A stretch of DNA of 64,000 nt from Mobula hypostoma (GCF_963921235.1 NC_086108.1:7626001-7690000); one strand, 5' to 3'; shown: positions 1 to 13,160, numbered from the stretch's first letter. Translations and numbers: made by a program. The notes: generated by a model from the letters alone, not told the origin.

Positions 1-224
1 AACAAACCTAGTGTTTAATTTGTACAGACACCTTACATGCTGCAAGCTCACAGAGAGTTCAGATTTTTATCTTTTTACAAAATTAATTACACCACAACAC
101 ACTGTATGCTACATTTCCTCACCAGTGGTTGGGTTTAGTTGTTTGGAGAATGTTATTAATGTCTGGCATTCAAGAACTACTGCATTTATGAAGAGATTGG
201 TGGGGATAGTTCCACTATGATGGT

Positions 225-1325
225 TTGAAGAGGTTGCTGATTCTTGGTTGCATCAAGCATGGTATCTCTTTTGAGTTCAAGAACTGTGAGGTAATGTTCC
301 AACTCAATAAAACCCTAGTTAAATCACACATAGAATATTGTGTTCAGTTCTTTTCGCCTCATGATGTGGGACATGGAAGCTTTGGAGAAGGTGCAGAGGA
401 GACTTACCAGGATGCTGCCTGGATTACAGCGCATAATTTATGATGATAAATTGAATGAGCTAGGCTTTCCCCTTTAGAGCCAAGGAAGATGAGTGGCTCA
501 GTGGCTGGTACGCTGACGGAGAAGATCCTGACAGGCAGGATTTATGAACATTTGGAGAGGTATAATATGATTAGGAATAGTCAGCATGGCTTTGTCAAGG
601 GCAGGTTGTGCCTTACGAGCCTGTTTGAATTTTTTTGAGGATGTGACTAAACACGTTGATGAAGGAAGAGCAGTAGATGTAGTGTATATGGATTTTAGCA
701 AGGCATTTGATAAGGTACCTCATGCAAGGCTTATTGAGAAAGTAAGGAAGTATGGGATCCAAGGGAACCTTGCTTTGTGGATCCAGAACTGGCTTGCCCA
801 CAGAAGGCAAATTTTCCCATATAAATTAATGGTAATTGCTTCTTCACTTTATGCCACTTTGGCTTACGAACGGTTTCATAGGAACGCTCTACATTCAGAT
901 AGCGGGGAAAACCTGGTACAGAGAAAAGAGAAAATTAGGTAGGTCTTATTCCTTGGAATGTAGAAGATTGAGGGGAGATTTGATAGGCATATACAAAATT
1001 ACGAGGGATATAGATAGGGTAAATGCAAGCATGTTTTTCCGAGGTGAGGTTGGGTGAGACTACAACCAGAGGTCATTGGTTAAGGGTGAAAGGGAAATCT
1101 TTAATGGGAACATGAGGGAGAACTTCTTCACTCAGAGGTGGTGAGAGTGTGGAATGAACTGCCGGTGCAACTAATGCACGCGAGCTCAATTTCAACATTT
1201 AAGGAAAGTTTGGACAGGGCTATGGTCCCAGTGCAGGTTGAAGGGAGTAGGCAGTTTAAATGGTTCAGCATGGACTAGAAAGGCTGAAGGGCCTGCTTCT
1301 GTGCTGTGCTTTTCTATGACTCTAA
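225..1325 (+). mobile_element. Cluster of degenerate CR1 LINE fragments (RT and 3' end)
   Basis: Peptides VDVVYMDFSKAFDKVPH, HIEYCVQF and RRLRGDLI are CR1 ORF2 motifs; a CR1-type 3' UTR ends near 1325. Confidence 0.85.
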
Positions 1326-1374
1326 GGCCCTCCATTTTTCTATCATCCATGTGCCTATGCAAGAGTCTCTTACC

Positions 1375-1655
1375 TACTTACCTGCTGGTGTTTAGGGCAG
1401 CAGTGAAGGTCCTCTATCTCTGGTGGTGTTCAGGGCTTCCTTCATCGTGTTAGTAGCTTCCTCTCAGTTTTCACTACCGTCAGTCATGCAAGTCCCAGGT
1501 GGAGGCTCAGGAATACCATCACACTCAGATATAGGATTCTTATTGCTGGTCCCATAACAATCTTGTTTTACCAGTCAGGATTGTTAGCACTGAGCTAAAC
1601 CTCTGAACCTGGAAGACCGTTGGACCACTCTTAGTCTGTCCTCTACCCTTTGAGC
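1375..1655 (-). mobile_element. RTE-related non-autonomous repeat fragment
   Basis: Its reverse complement resembles 42545-42770 (gggctaacaaccctgaccagtaaaac motif), which I recall as typical of RTE 5' UTRs. Confidence 0.5.
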
Positions 1656-1959
1656 CACAACTCACTGTGCAAAGAATTTACATCTGATATCCTCCCCTAT
1701 ATGTTCCTCCAATCACCTTAAAATTATGTCCACTTGTATTAGGTATTTTTGTTCTGGGAAAATAAATCCCCATGCAGCAGTCTTGAGGGGTTTGAGGGAT
1801 TTATGTGGACCCCAAGATCACTCTGTTCCTCTATACTGCTAGCTGCCAGTGAAAGTGGGAGATGTGGGTCAACTGCAGCATTTAAGAGAAGTTTGGGTAG
1901 CTACTTAAATGCCAAGGGTATGAAGGGCCATGGTCTGGGAAAAAGAGTAGACAGGGAGT

Positions 1960-2545
1960 ATCCATTGATGCCTCTCATAAGCTTATTAAACCTCTATCAG
2001 ATTTCCCCCTCAGCCTCTGACACTCCAGAGGAAACAATCAAGTTTGTTCTACCTCTCGTGATATTCCAGGCAGCATCCTGGTAAACCCCTTCTGCACCCT
2101 CTCCAAAGCCTCAACATCCTTCCTATAATGAAGCAACTAGAACTGTATGCAATGCACGCCTAACTAATGTTTTATAAAGTTGTGACATAACTTCATGACT
2201 TTTGAACTCAATGTCTTGATTAGAAAAGGCAAACATGCCATATGCCTTCCTAAACACCCTGTCAACCTGTGTAGCCACTTTCAAGGAGCTATGAACTTGG
2301 ACCCCCAAGATCCCTCTGGTCTTAACCTTAACAGTGTACTGTCTCCTTGCATTTGCCTTACCACAGTGCAATACTTCACATTTGGCCGGGTTAAAATCGG
2401 CTACTCCTCTGCCCATATCTGCAACTGATCTATATCACGCTGTATTCTTTGCCAGTCATCTACACTATCCACAACTCCATCAATCTTGGTATTCAGTACA
2501 AACTTACTAAGCCACCCATTTACATTTCCATCCAGGTCATTTATA
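1960..2545 (-). mobile_element. CR1 LINE RT fragment
   Basis: Peptides FNPAKCEVLH and LYKTLVR on the minus strand. Confidence 0.85.
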
Positions 2546-2559
2546 TACAGTACATCACA

Positions 2560-2942
2560 AACAGCTCCATCATGGGTACTAGCCTCCAAAAGGTGGCGTC
2601 CATCATTAAGGACCCCCACCATCTAGGACATGCCCCCTTCTCATTGTTACCATCAGGAAGGAGGAACAGGGCCCTGAAGGGACACACTCAACAATTCAGG
2701 AACAGCTTATTTCCCTCTGCCATCTGATTTCTGAATGGACAGTGAAACCACAAACACTACCTCACTACTTTTTATTTCTGCTTTGCACTACTTATTTAAT
2801 TTAACTATTTGATATATATTTATATACTTCTGTAATTCACAGGTTCCCCCCCCCCCCATATTATTATAAACTGCATTGTACTGCTGCTGCAAAGACAACA
2901 AAGTTCATGACACATGCTGGTGATATTAAGCTTGATTCTGAT
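2560..2942 (+). mobile_element. Rex1/Babar-like LINE 3' end
   Basis: C-terminal peptide SIIKDPHHLGHAPFSLLPSGRR...FRNSLFPSAI and a (GATTCT)n-type tail. Many further copies occur in the window, e.g. 4770-5380(-), 29570-29860(-), 36910-37380(+). Confidence 0.8.
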
Positions 2943-4406
2943 GGTTGAGGGGTAATAATTGTTCGTGAATTCCCCCATCAGGGTCATGTGAAGTCATGGG
3001 AGCAGGTGGCAAAGGAAATTAAAAAAAATATTTTCCATCAACCACTGGAGAAGAATTTGAATCCATGGTGGAACAATCACCTTGGCTCATCATTAGTTGA
3101 AGTGAATAAGGGCAAAGGGAAAGTGCAATATTCACTGACCATCAGGTGTTACGAGAAAGAAGGCAGCTGCACAAACTCACCCAAAAAAATAAGCACAAGG
3201 TCTCGTTCAATGCTGTTTTCCTGAAATTTCAGCGGTCCTTTATTTTTGATACAGGTGGTGTTTTGGTCGGATTGACGTGGGAGTCATTTCCAAGTGTTTG
3301 TATGAAGGGAAGCAGTGATGCTGGGTTGGAGCAGGTGGGACAGGGAGGGTTGGTGTCTGCAGTCTCCGTACAGATGAACAACTGAGTAGCACTGACAATG
3401 GAAAAATTAGCTGGCGTGGCAGGAAACTGGGCTTCAGCTATTTATAATTAATCCTTAGGGCCAGCACTGAAAATAAACCAGCACGTTTTCAACAAAATAT
3501 TGCAGAAATTAATTACTTTCCGTCCAAACACTTGGCAAGAAGATATTAGGGAAAGCAATCACAGATGCAGAAACTTTACTACAGAATCGAAGAAGCTTAC
3601 TGCAAAGAGTGTGATTCATTAACCCGCTTGAGAGGGGGAAAGGACAACAAAGGCCCGTGGAATTCGTTGCCACAGGGGGCTGTGGAGGCCAAGTTACTGG
3701 GATATTTAAGGCATGAGAAGATTCTTGATTGTTCAGGGCATGAAGGGATACGGGGAGAAGGCAGGAGATTAGGGCTGAGAGGAAAAATGCATCAGCCATA
3801 ATGAAATGGTGGAGCAGACTTGATGGGCCAAATGGCCTAATGCTGCTCTTATATCTTATGGTCTTAATTGTTGTCTTAAAATAAATGAAGCATTTCACAC
3901 ATAAATGGTGCTGAAGTTTCAAAGTGCATACTTTATACAACCTTGAGATTCGTCTCTTTACAGGTTGCCATAAAACAAAGAAACCCAATAGAAGCCATTA
4001 AAAAAAGACTGTCAAACATCCAGTGTAGGGGAAAGGACAAGGATGAAGAGGGAGGGTTAGGGCGAGAGTGCGTGGGCAGCGCGGTGCGAGGGGGAAAACT
4101 ACATGCAAGCAATAAAAGCAAGCACACAGCATTCAGAACTGAAGCTCACAAAAGTCAGGCGTCAGTCAGAAGTCCACTAGTTGCAGGCCACAGCCTCAGT
4201 CCGGCACAGAGATGAGCAATCTCTGTGGAGCAGCGATCGAACTGGACCGTCCCTCGCCTCGAACCCCGGCACTTAAATCTGACTTGTATAATTGTAGCAG
4301 GGAGGGAAGAAGGGATGGAACGTCGACTCAGACCATGAGAAGCCTGCGCGGGCATTTTCATGCAGATTGGAAGTCTGTGTGGGGTGCCACTCCTCGCTCA
4401 GACACT

Positions 4407-4530
4407 AGAGCAATGTGTGGTTAAGTGCCTTGCTCAAGGACACAAACACGCTGCCACAGCTGAGGCTCGAACTAGCGACCTTCAGATCACTAAACGAACG
4501 CCTTAACCACTTGGCCATGTGCCCAACACT
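4407..4530 (-). mobile_element. tRNA-derived SINE head with CORE-like domain
   Basis: Minus strand: A box TGGCCAAGTGG, B box AGTTCGAGCC, then gtgtccttgagcaaggcacttaacc (CORE-like). Confidence 0.75.
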
Positions 4531-4683
4531 AAGGCCTTGTATAATTCAATATTAGGTCAGATACTGCCAGCTCGAGTACAATCAGTAGCCCAGAGACTAA
4601 ACCTAAAGCAGCTGTTTTCAAACTAAATGTCACTAATTCCAACCATCTTCAACCCTCCCCCCCTTTTAAAGCTCACTTTAGAA

Positions 4684-4763
4684 CAGAGGTCCCCAACCTT
4701 TTTTATGCCATGGACCCCTACCATTAACTGAAGGGTCCACCACCCCCAAGTTGGGAACTGCTG
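4684..4763. mobile_element. ~80-bp hAT (Charlie-like) MITE
   Basis: Imperfect TIRs CAGAGGTCCCCAACC / AGTTGGGAACTGCTG; 8-bp flanks ctttagaa / gtttagat. Related copies near 23203-23270, 31244-31322, 36643-36721 and 43660-43741. Confidence 0.7.
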
Positions 4764-7107
4764 GTTTAGATCAGAATCAGGTTTAACAACACTGGCATGT
4801 GTTGTGAAATTTGTTAACTTTTTGGCAGCAGTACAATGCAATACATAATGATAGAAAAAAAACTATGAATTACAGAAAAAATATATATATTAAAATTAAG
4901 TAGTGCCAAAATAGAAATAAACAAAAGTAGTGAGGTAGTGTTCGTGGGTTCAATGTCCATTCAGAAATTGGATGGCAGAGGGGAAGACCATCTCAGTCGT
5001 TGAGTGTGGGGCTTCAGGCTTCTGTATTTCCTTCCTGATGGGTCCAGAGAGAACAAGGCATGACCTGGGTGATGGGGGTCCTTAATGATGGACAGCATTG
5101 TTTTAAGGCATCGCTCCTTGAAGATGCCCTGGATACTATGGAGGGCAGAGCTAATGATGGAGATGACTAAGTTTACAATTCTCTGCAGCTTACCAGACGG
5201 TAATGCAGCCAGTTAGAATGCTCTCCACTGCACATCTGCAGAAATCTGCAAGTGTTTTGGTGACATACCAAATCTCCTCAAACTTCTAATGAAATATAGC
5301 TGCCGGTGTGCCTTCTTTGTTGGGTTTGGGATAGATCCTCAGACATATTGACACTCAGGAACTTGAAATTTCTCTTGAAGTTTTGAAATATATTGCAGAT
5401 TTAATTGTTTTATTTCATCACTGAGATTTGGCAATCACTTTTCTGTCTGATGAAACTGCTGACTCTTTCTGGTTGTTGGTGTGTCATATACAGAACTGAT
5501 CTCCCACACCTAGCCCAAGGTTTTTCTGAGGCAAATTACGTCAGCCAATAATGGGAGATTATCATGAACAATGCCCCTGTCAAACTGATATTGCTACCAC
5601 CCACCCAGATACTTTTCAAGCAATAGCCACTATATATAAATCACACATCCCACACTCAACCTTTGTGCCACATCAGTTAACAGTTTCTGCAGTAGCCTCA
5701 TAAAACAGGTAGCTGCAAAAAACATGCCACAACCACTGGTTTGCTAGTATTGTTCAAAGGGCAGCATGCCAAAATCTTCTCACTGCCTCAGCAAAGTAGT
5801 CAGCATAATCAAAGGTCTCACTCCCCCTGGACGTTCTCTCTTCGACCCTCTTCTATCAGGCAGAAGACACAAAAGTCTAAAGCTTGTATCAGCAGGCTCA
5901 ATGATACAGTCATAGGAAATTACAGCACAGAAATTCACTTTCAATAAATTACAGATCTGTGCTCCCAGATCCCTTTGTTCTACCTCACTCCTCAACATTC
6001 ACTATGTAAGACCTACCCTAATTGGTCCTACTGCAGTGCAAAGTCTCGCACTTGTCTGTATTAAATTCCACCTGCCATTTTTCAACCCATTTTTCCAGCT
6101 GATCCAGATCACGCTGCAAGCCACGATAGTCTTTCTTGCTGTCCACTCCATCCTTAATCTTGGTGTCATCTGCAGACTTGCTGATCCAGTTAACCACATT
6201 ATTGTGCCCTCTTCCAATACATAGAAGATACAAAAGTCTGAAGGCACGTACCACCAGGCTCAAAGAAATCTTCTACTCCTACCAAATAGCTCTCTAGTAC
6301 AACAAATTGGCCTTTTAACATCACAATCTATCTCGTTATGATCTTGTATCTGATTGTCTATGTTAGGGTGTTTTTTTGGGTTCAGCACATATAGCAAATA
6401 ATTTCAACGACCAACTTCAGCCACCAATCTTCAGATCTGAATAAAGACTGCAGATTAAATTGAAAATGCAGCTCTGAACGATGGGTTCCCTAAGAGCTAC
6501 AGTTAATTGGAAGACAATGCTGATTTAAAATTCATTTGGGTGTCTGTCATGTGTGTACAAAGCAGAAGGTGCGAAGGCTGTGTGAAGTTCAAAGAAAGCA
6601 CTATGGATGCATTACAAAAATATGGAATTGTCCTTTGAGCTTTAGCATATAAAATGTCATGTAATGTCGGGTCAAGCAGGCCTCTTCCTCCAAAAGGGTC
6701 TCAATATACTGCCTGCTGTGTCTCATTTTGTTGAACAAAGAGACTATTTAATACCTACCCGCTACTTCTCTACCGAGACTTTGTTCATGCGACAACAGAC
6801 TACCTGCATTGCACTTTCTCTATAGCTGTTACACTTTATCCTGCGTTCTGTTATTATTTTACCTTATTCCACCCCAATGCACTGTGTAATGAATAGATCT
6901 GTATGCAAGACAAGCTTTACACTTTATCTTGGTCCATGTGACACTAACAAACCAATTCCAATATGAATTAAAAAAGGCACCACACGGGGTTAAGCGTCAC
7001 ACTATAAAGTACATGAAAGATTCAGACTACAGTGCTTGCATGCAACTCAGAAGGACTGGAAGTTTAAAAAATTATCCAGTTACATAGTGCAGAGGCTGTC
7101 CCTTTAC

Positions 7108-7210
7108 CTTGAAGTAGGAAATAATCGCTTGGGGTTCGTTTCAGAGAGGAAGCTTTTTCGCTGCTCCAGTCCACTTCCAGAGCCTCTTTGAGGTGGCAAA
7201 AATTCACTGT
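7108..7210 (-). CDS. SAE1: Internal coding exon of SUMO-activating enzyme subunit 1 (equivalent to human exon 6)
   Basis: The minus strand reads tttccttctttttcttggtgcag|ACAGTG...CTTCAAG|gtaaag: polypyrimidine tract, AG acceptor, GT donor. The 103 nt (phase 0 start, phase 1 end) translate to TVNFCHLKEALEVDWSSEKASSLKRTPSDYFLLQ, matching recalled human SAE1 KVVFCPVKEALEVDWSSEKAKAALKRTTSDYFLLQ. Confidence 0.95.
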
Positions 7211-7963
7211 CTGCACCAAGAAAAAGAAGGAAAGCAGAAATCAAACCCGGGAACACAATGAGACAAATTGCCATCTCCAAAGACAAAAGAGCAGAACAAG
7301 GCCATTTGGCCCATCGAGGCTGCTTTGCCATTCAAACATAGCTGATTCTTTTTGTACCCCTCCTCAGCCCCACTCGCCCGTCTTCTCCCTGTAACCTTTG
7401 ACACCACATCCAGTCACGAACCTATCAAGCTCTGTCTTAAATACACCCAATGACCTGGCCTCCACAGCTGCCCGTGGGAATAAATTCCACAAATTCACCA
7501 TGCTCTGGCTAAAGAAATTCTACTGCATCCCTGTTTTAAATGGACGCCCCTCTATCCTGAGGCTGTGCCCTCTTGTCCTAGACTCCCCCACCATTGGAAA
7601 CATCCTTTTCACATCTACTTTGTCTAGGCCTTTCAACATTTGAAAGGTTTCAATGTGATTCCCGTTCATCCTTCTAAGTTCTCTAGTGAGCACAGACCCA
7701 GACCTATCAAATGTTCCTCATAGGAAAACCCTTTCATTCCTGGAAATATCCTTGTGAACTTCCTCTGAACACCCTCCAATGGCAGCACAACTTTTATGAG
7801 AGGAGGAGCCAAAATCTGTCACAATACTCAGGGTGAGGCCTCACCAGTGCCTTATAAAGTCTCAGCATCACATCCCTGTTCTCGTACTCTGGATCTCTTG
7901 AAATGAAAGCTAACATTGCATTTGCCTTCCTCACCACTGACTCTACCTGCAAGTTGACCTTTA

Positions 7964-10143
7964 CAGTACCTATAAAAAAGTATTCAGCCCCCTTGAAAGT
8001 TTTCATGTTTTATTGTGGATTTAATTGTATTTAGTAGATGCACCTTTGGCAGCAACTACAGCCTTGTGTCTGTGTGGATACATCTCTACCAGCTTTGCAC
8101 ATCTGGACTCTGCAAAATTTTTCCCATTCTTCTTCACAAAACTACTCAAGCTCTGTCAGATTGCATGGGGATTGTGAGTGAACAACCCTTTTCAAGTCCA
8201 GCCACAAATTACCAATTGGATTGAGGTCTGGTCTCTGACTTAGCCACCCCAGGATATTAACATTGTTGTTTTTAAGCCAGTACTGTATAATTTTGGTTTT
8301 ACACTTGGGGTCATTGTCTTGCTGGAAAACAAATCTTCTCCCAAGTAGTAGTTCTCTTGCAGACTGTATCAGGTTTTCCTCCAGGACCTCCCTGTATTTT
8401 ATTGCATTCATTTTACCCTCTACCTTCACAAGTCTTCCAGCACCTTCTGCAGGGAAGCATCCCCACAGCATAATGCAGCCACCACCATGCTTCACGGTAG
8501 GGATAGGGTGTTTTTGAAGATGTGCAGTGTTTAGTCTGATGGCCAAAAAGTTCAATTTGGTTTCATCAGACCACAGAATCTTCTTCCAGCTGACTTCAGA
8601 GTCTCCCACATGCCGAGATGTGAGCTTTTTATCAATAGTAGGTTTCTCTTTGCCACTCTCCCATAAAGCTGCAACTGGTGAAGCATCTGGGTAACAGTTG
8701 TATGTGCAGTCTCTCCCATCTCAGCCACTGAAGCCTATAACTCCTCCAGAGTTGTCATAGGTCTCTTGGTGGCCTCCCTTACCAGTCCCCTTCTTGCACG
8801 GTCACTCAGTTTTTGAGGACAGCCTGCTCTAGGCAGATTTACAGCTGTGCCATATTCTTTCCGTTCCTTTATGATTGACTTAACTGTACTCCAGGGAATA
8901 TTCAGTGACTTGGAAATTTCCTTGTATCCATCTCCTGGCTTGTGCATTTCAATAACCTTTTCATGGAGTTGCTTGGAGTGTTCCTTTGTCTTCATGGTGT
9001 AGTTTTTGCCAGGATACTGACTCACCAGCAGTTGGACCTTCCACATACAGGTGTATTTTTACTACAATCAATTGAAACACCTTGACTGCACACAAGTGAT
9101 CTCCATTTAACTAATTATGTGTCTTCTGAAACCAATTGGCTGCATCAGTGATGATTTGATGTTTCATTTTAAAGACGGAGGGTGAATACTTATGCAATCA
9201 ATTAATCATTGTTTTATATTTGTAATTAATTTAGATCGCTTTGTAGAGATCTGTTTTCACTTTGACATGAAAGTGTTTCTTTTTTTCCGTTGATCAGTGT
9301 CAAAAAAAGCCAAATTAAATCTACTGTGATTCAGTGTTGTAAAACAATACAACATGAAAGGCTCAATTTCCATCTTTAATATATTTATTTTTTTCCTTTC
9401 TGGGTTCTTTTGAAGACCCTGACCTGGAGTTACACGCTGACTTCGGTTCTTTGTGGGAATGGGACCCTCTCTCGGGGTTTCACAACTGGCTGTTGTTTGG
9501 CACGCCAAGGGGTTTGCCGAAGAGTCCGGCTCAGATTTGGAAGCCCAGGATCTCAGGGCTCTGGTGATGGGTGGATCGAAGGTTGGTGTCACAGCAGGAG
9601 ACCCCTGTGTTGTCGGGGGAGTCGAAACATCTACAGCTGTGTGCCTGGAGACCCAAGATCTTTGGGCACAGAGCTCGAAAAAAGTGATGTAACAGACTTT
9701 TAACATCGTAAACCAACAAGTTGTTTGTTATGTCTCTCCGCTCACTGGGAAAACGGTGACACCTCCTTCTCCCTTATTAGGGAGGGAGAGAGAGAGAACC
9801 TGTGGTATGTCTCATACCAAGTGAAATGCAAAGTCTTTGGGGTTACTGCAAGTCTGTGTCTTTGCTATTGCTTTGCTCGCGCTTGAGTGCTCGGTGGTGG
9901 GTGCCAATGCTTATTTTTGCCATGGGGGGGAGGGGATTGTTGCTTGCAGCTGCTTATGCACAGGAGGAAGGGGAGCTGGGGGGGGACTTTGGGGTTCTAG
10001 CATTTAACTGGTGTTCATTCTTTGGGGGCACTTTGTTTTTGTGGATGGTTGTAAAGAAAAAGCATTTCAGGATGTATATTGCATTGGACCTTTGGACCTT
10101 TGAACTTTCAGGGTGAGGGGCTGAATATTTTTTATAGGCCACG
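7964..10143 (-). mobile_element. Tc1 DNA transposon (Passport/Eagle-like, DD34E class, defective)
   Basis: TIR CAGTACCTATAAAAAAGTATTCAGCCCC and its inverse ending at 10143; TA TSD. Transposase pieces MKTKEHSKQLHEKVIE, ILWSDETK, KHGGGCIMLWGCF and FQQDNDPK-(34)-PIGNLW (catalytic E replaced by G). Confidence 0.95.
9360..10103 (+). mobile_element. Non-coding non-autonomous retroelement with (ACCTTTGR)n tail, inserted in the Tc1 TIR
   Basis: Collinear with 37768-38609; ends ggacctttggacctttgaa; interrupts the Tc1 terminal repeat. Confidence 0.8.
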
Positions 10144-12694
10144 TAGGTTGTTCTGCACAAAGACTCCCAAGTTTCTTTGCATTTCAGATTCTTGGATATT
10201 GTCTCTGTTTAGAAAATAGTCTGCACATTTACTTCTTCTACCAAAGTGCATGACCATGCATTTTCCAACATTGCGTTTCATTTGCCACTCTCTTGTCCTT
10301 TCTCCTAATCTGTCTAAGTCCTTCTGCAGCCTACCTGTTTCCTCAACATTATCTGCCCCCTCCATCAATCTTTGTATCATCTGCAAACTTGGCAACAAAG
10401 CCATCTATTCCATCATCTAAAGCATACAGCATAAAACAAAGCAGTCCCAACACCGACCTCTGTAGAACACCAACAGTCAGTGGCAGCCAACCAGAAAAGG
10501 ATCCTTTCATTCCATCTCGCTGCCTCCTACCAATCAGCCAATGCTCTAACCATGCTGTAACTTTTCTGTAAAACCATGGGCTCTTAACTTGGTAAGCAGC
10601 CTCATGTGTGGCACCTTGTCAAAGGCGCCTGAAAGTGCAAATATACAACATCCACTGCATTCCCTTTATCTATCCTACTTGTAATCTTCCCTCAAAGAAT
10701 TCCAACAAGTTCGTCAGGCAAGGTTTTCCCTTAAGGAAACCATGCTGACTTTGTCCAATCTTTTCCTGTGTCAGTAAGTACTCCATAACCTCATCCTTAG
10801 CAGTCGACTCCAACATCTTCCCAAACATGGAGTTCAGGCTAACTTGCTCTATAATTCCCTCTCTTGCCTTCCTCCTTTCTTAAAGAGTGGAGTGACATTT
10901 GTAATTTTTCAGTCTTCAGGCACTATGCCAGAGTCCAATGGTTTTTTTGAAAGATCATTAGTAATGCCTCTATAATCTTTCCTGCTACCTCTTTCAGAAC
11001 CCGAGGATGCAGGTCATCTGGTCCAGGAACCTTATGTACCCTTAGATGTTTCAGCTTTTTGAACACCTTCTCCCTTGTAATAGTAACTACACTTACTTCT
11101 CTTCCCTCACACCTTTCAACATCTGGCACACTGCTTGTGTCTTCCACAGTGAAGACCGATGCAAAATACTCATTTATTTCATCTACCATCTCCTTGTCCC
11201 CTATTATTATTTCTCCAGTCTAATTTTCTAGTGGTCCTATAACCACTCTCATCTCTCTTTTATATTTGACATACTTGAAAAAGCTTTTACTAACCACTTG
11301 GACATTGTTTGCTAGCTTGCTTTCATATTTCATCTTGTCCCTCCTAATGACTCTTTTAGTTGCTCTCTGTAGGTTCTTAAAAGCTTCCCGATAATTTTTC
11401 TTTGTTGTATGCCCTCTCTTTTGCTTTTACATTAGTTTTGACTACCCTTGTCAGCCACAGTTGTACTATTTTGCCATTTGAGTATTTCTTTGTTTTTGGA
11501 ATACATCTATCCTGCACGTTCCTCATTTTCCCCCAGAAACTCATGCCATTACTGCTCTGCTGTCATCCCTGCCAGCATTCCTTCTAATTTAATTTGGCCA
11601 ACTCCTCTCTCATACCACTGTAATTTCCCTTACTCCACTGAAATACTGCTATGTCAGACTTTTCTTTCTCCGCCTCAAATTTCAAGTTGAACATCAATCC
11701 TATTGTGATCACTGTCACTTAAGGGTTCTCTCACCTTAAGCTCCCTAATCACCTCTGGTTCATTACATAACACCCAATCCAGTATAGCTGATCCCCTAGT
11801 AGGCTCAATGACAAACTGCTCTAAAAAGCCATCTCGTAGGCATTCAACAAACTCACTCTCTTGAGGTCCATTACCAACCTGCACGTTGAAATCTCCCATG
11901 ACTATCATAATGTTGCCCCTACGACACGCCTTTTCTATTTCCTGTTGTAATCTGTAGTCCACATCCCAGCTACTGTTGGGAGACCTGTATATAACTGCCA
12001 TCAGGGTCCTTTTACCCTTGCAGTTTCTTGACTCAACCCACAAAGATTCAACATCTTCCAATCCTATGTCTCATCTTCCTACTGATTTGATGCCATTCTT
12101 TACCAGCAGAGCCACACCACCCCCTCTGCCAACCTTCCCATTCCTCTGATATAAGGTGTAACCTTGGACATTCAGCTCCCAACTACAACCATCCTTCAGC
12201 CACGATTCAGTGATGGCCACAACATCATACCTGACAATCTGTAATAGTGCAACAAGATCATCCATCTTATTTCTTGTACTCTGTGCATTGAGATATAACA
12301 CTTTTGAGTTAACCACATTTACTACCCTTTTTGACTCTGCATCCCTAATACATGGCTACTCATCCTGCTGGCTGCAATTTTGTCCTATCATTTGCCTGCC
12401 CTTCCTGACAGTCCGACTGCACGCTATCTTTGCTTTTTCACCATCCATCCATAAGTTATCTTTACAGTCCCCTTCAATATCTGGTCAGCACTCTTACCAG
12501 CGGTGTGCATCAAAGCACACAATCATGTCCGTGGGCTGAGGATTAACTGAGAATTATCAGAATCAGAATCAGATTTAAAATCACCGGCACACATCATGAT
12601 ATTTGTTAAGTTTGCAGCAGCACTACAAGGTAACACATAATAATAGAGAAAAACCTGTAAATTACAGTAAGTATATCTATTAAATAGTTAAATT

Positions 12695-13160
12695 GCTATC
12701 ATGTTTGTTGTTGTGTGCTGGGGCAGCAGGCTGAGGGTAGCAGACACCAACAGATTCAACAAACTCATCCGTAAGGCCAGTGATGTTTTGGGGATGGAAC
12801 TGGACTCTCTCACGGTGGTGTCTGAAAAGAGGATGCTGTCCAAGTTGCATGCCATCTTGGTCAATGTCTCCCATCCAGTACATAATGTACTGGTTGGGCA
12901 CAGGAGTACACTCATTGCACCGAGATGCAACACAGAGTGTCATAGGAAGTCATTCCTGCCTGTGGCCATCAAATTTTACAACTCCTCCCTTGGAGGGTCA
13001 GACACCCTGAGCCAATAGGCTGGTCCTGGACTTATTTCCTGGCGTAATTTACATATTACTATTTAATTATTTATGGTTTTATTACTATTTAATTATTTAT
13101 GGTGCAACTGTAAAGAAAACCAATTTCCCCCGGGATCAATAAAGTATGACTATGATTATG
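12695..13160 (+). mobile_element. Young LINE 3' fragment (Rex1/Babar-like) with (ATGACT)n tail
   Basis: Peptide ...NKLIRKASDVLG...SHPVH...RKSFLPVAIKFYN; near-identical to 14134-14584. Confidence 0.8.

Larger units (their letters stand above)
7280..12430 (-). mobile_element. 5'-truncated CR1 LINE (APE endonuclease + RT, degenerate), split by a Tc1 insertion
   Basis: Endonuclease peptides VAITESWL, VIYRSPNS, MGDFN, LDWVL and SDHN; RT-region peptides GPDDLHPRVLKE and LYKALVRPHPEYC. The sequence joins across the TA TSD at 7962-7963 / 10144-10145. Confidence 0.92.

Noticed and set aside
3150..3260. Minus-strand LKFQ and gggtgagt donor as a candidate next SAE1 exon (VLLKFR...)
   Set aside because: The surrounding translation (KGPLKFQENSIERDL) does not match SAE1.
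4440..4525. tRNA gene candidates (also 13500-13589 and 48764-48845)
   Set aside because: A and B boxes are present but there is no full cloverleaf, and each continues into a SINE body.
7104..7331. ORF-track 75-aa ORF overlapping the SAE1 exon
   Set aside because: Wrong frame and starts in a CR1 tail; the splice-defined frame gives the SAE1 peptide.
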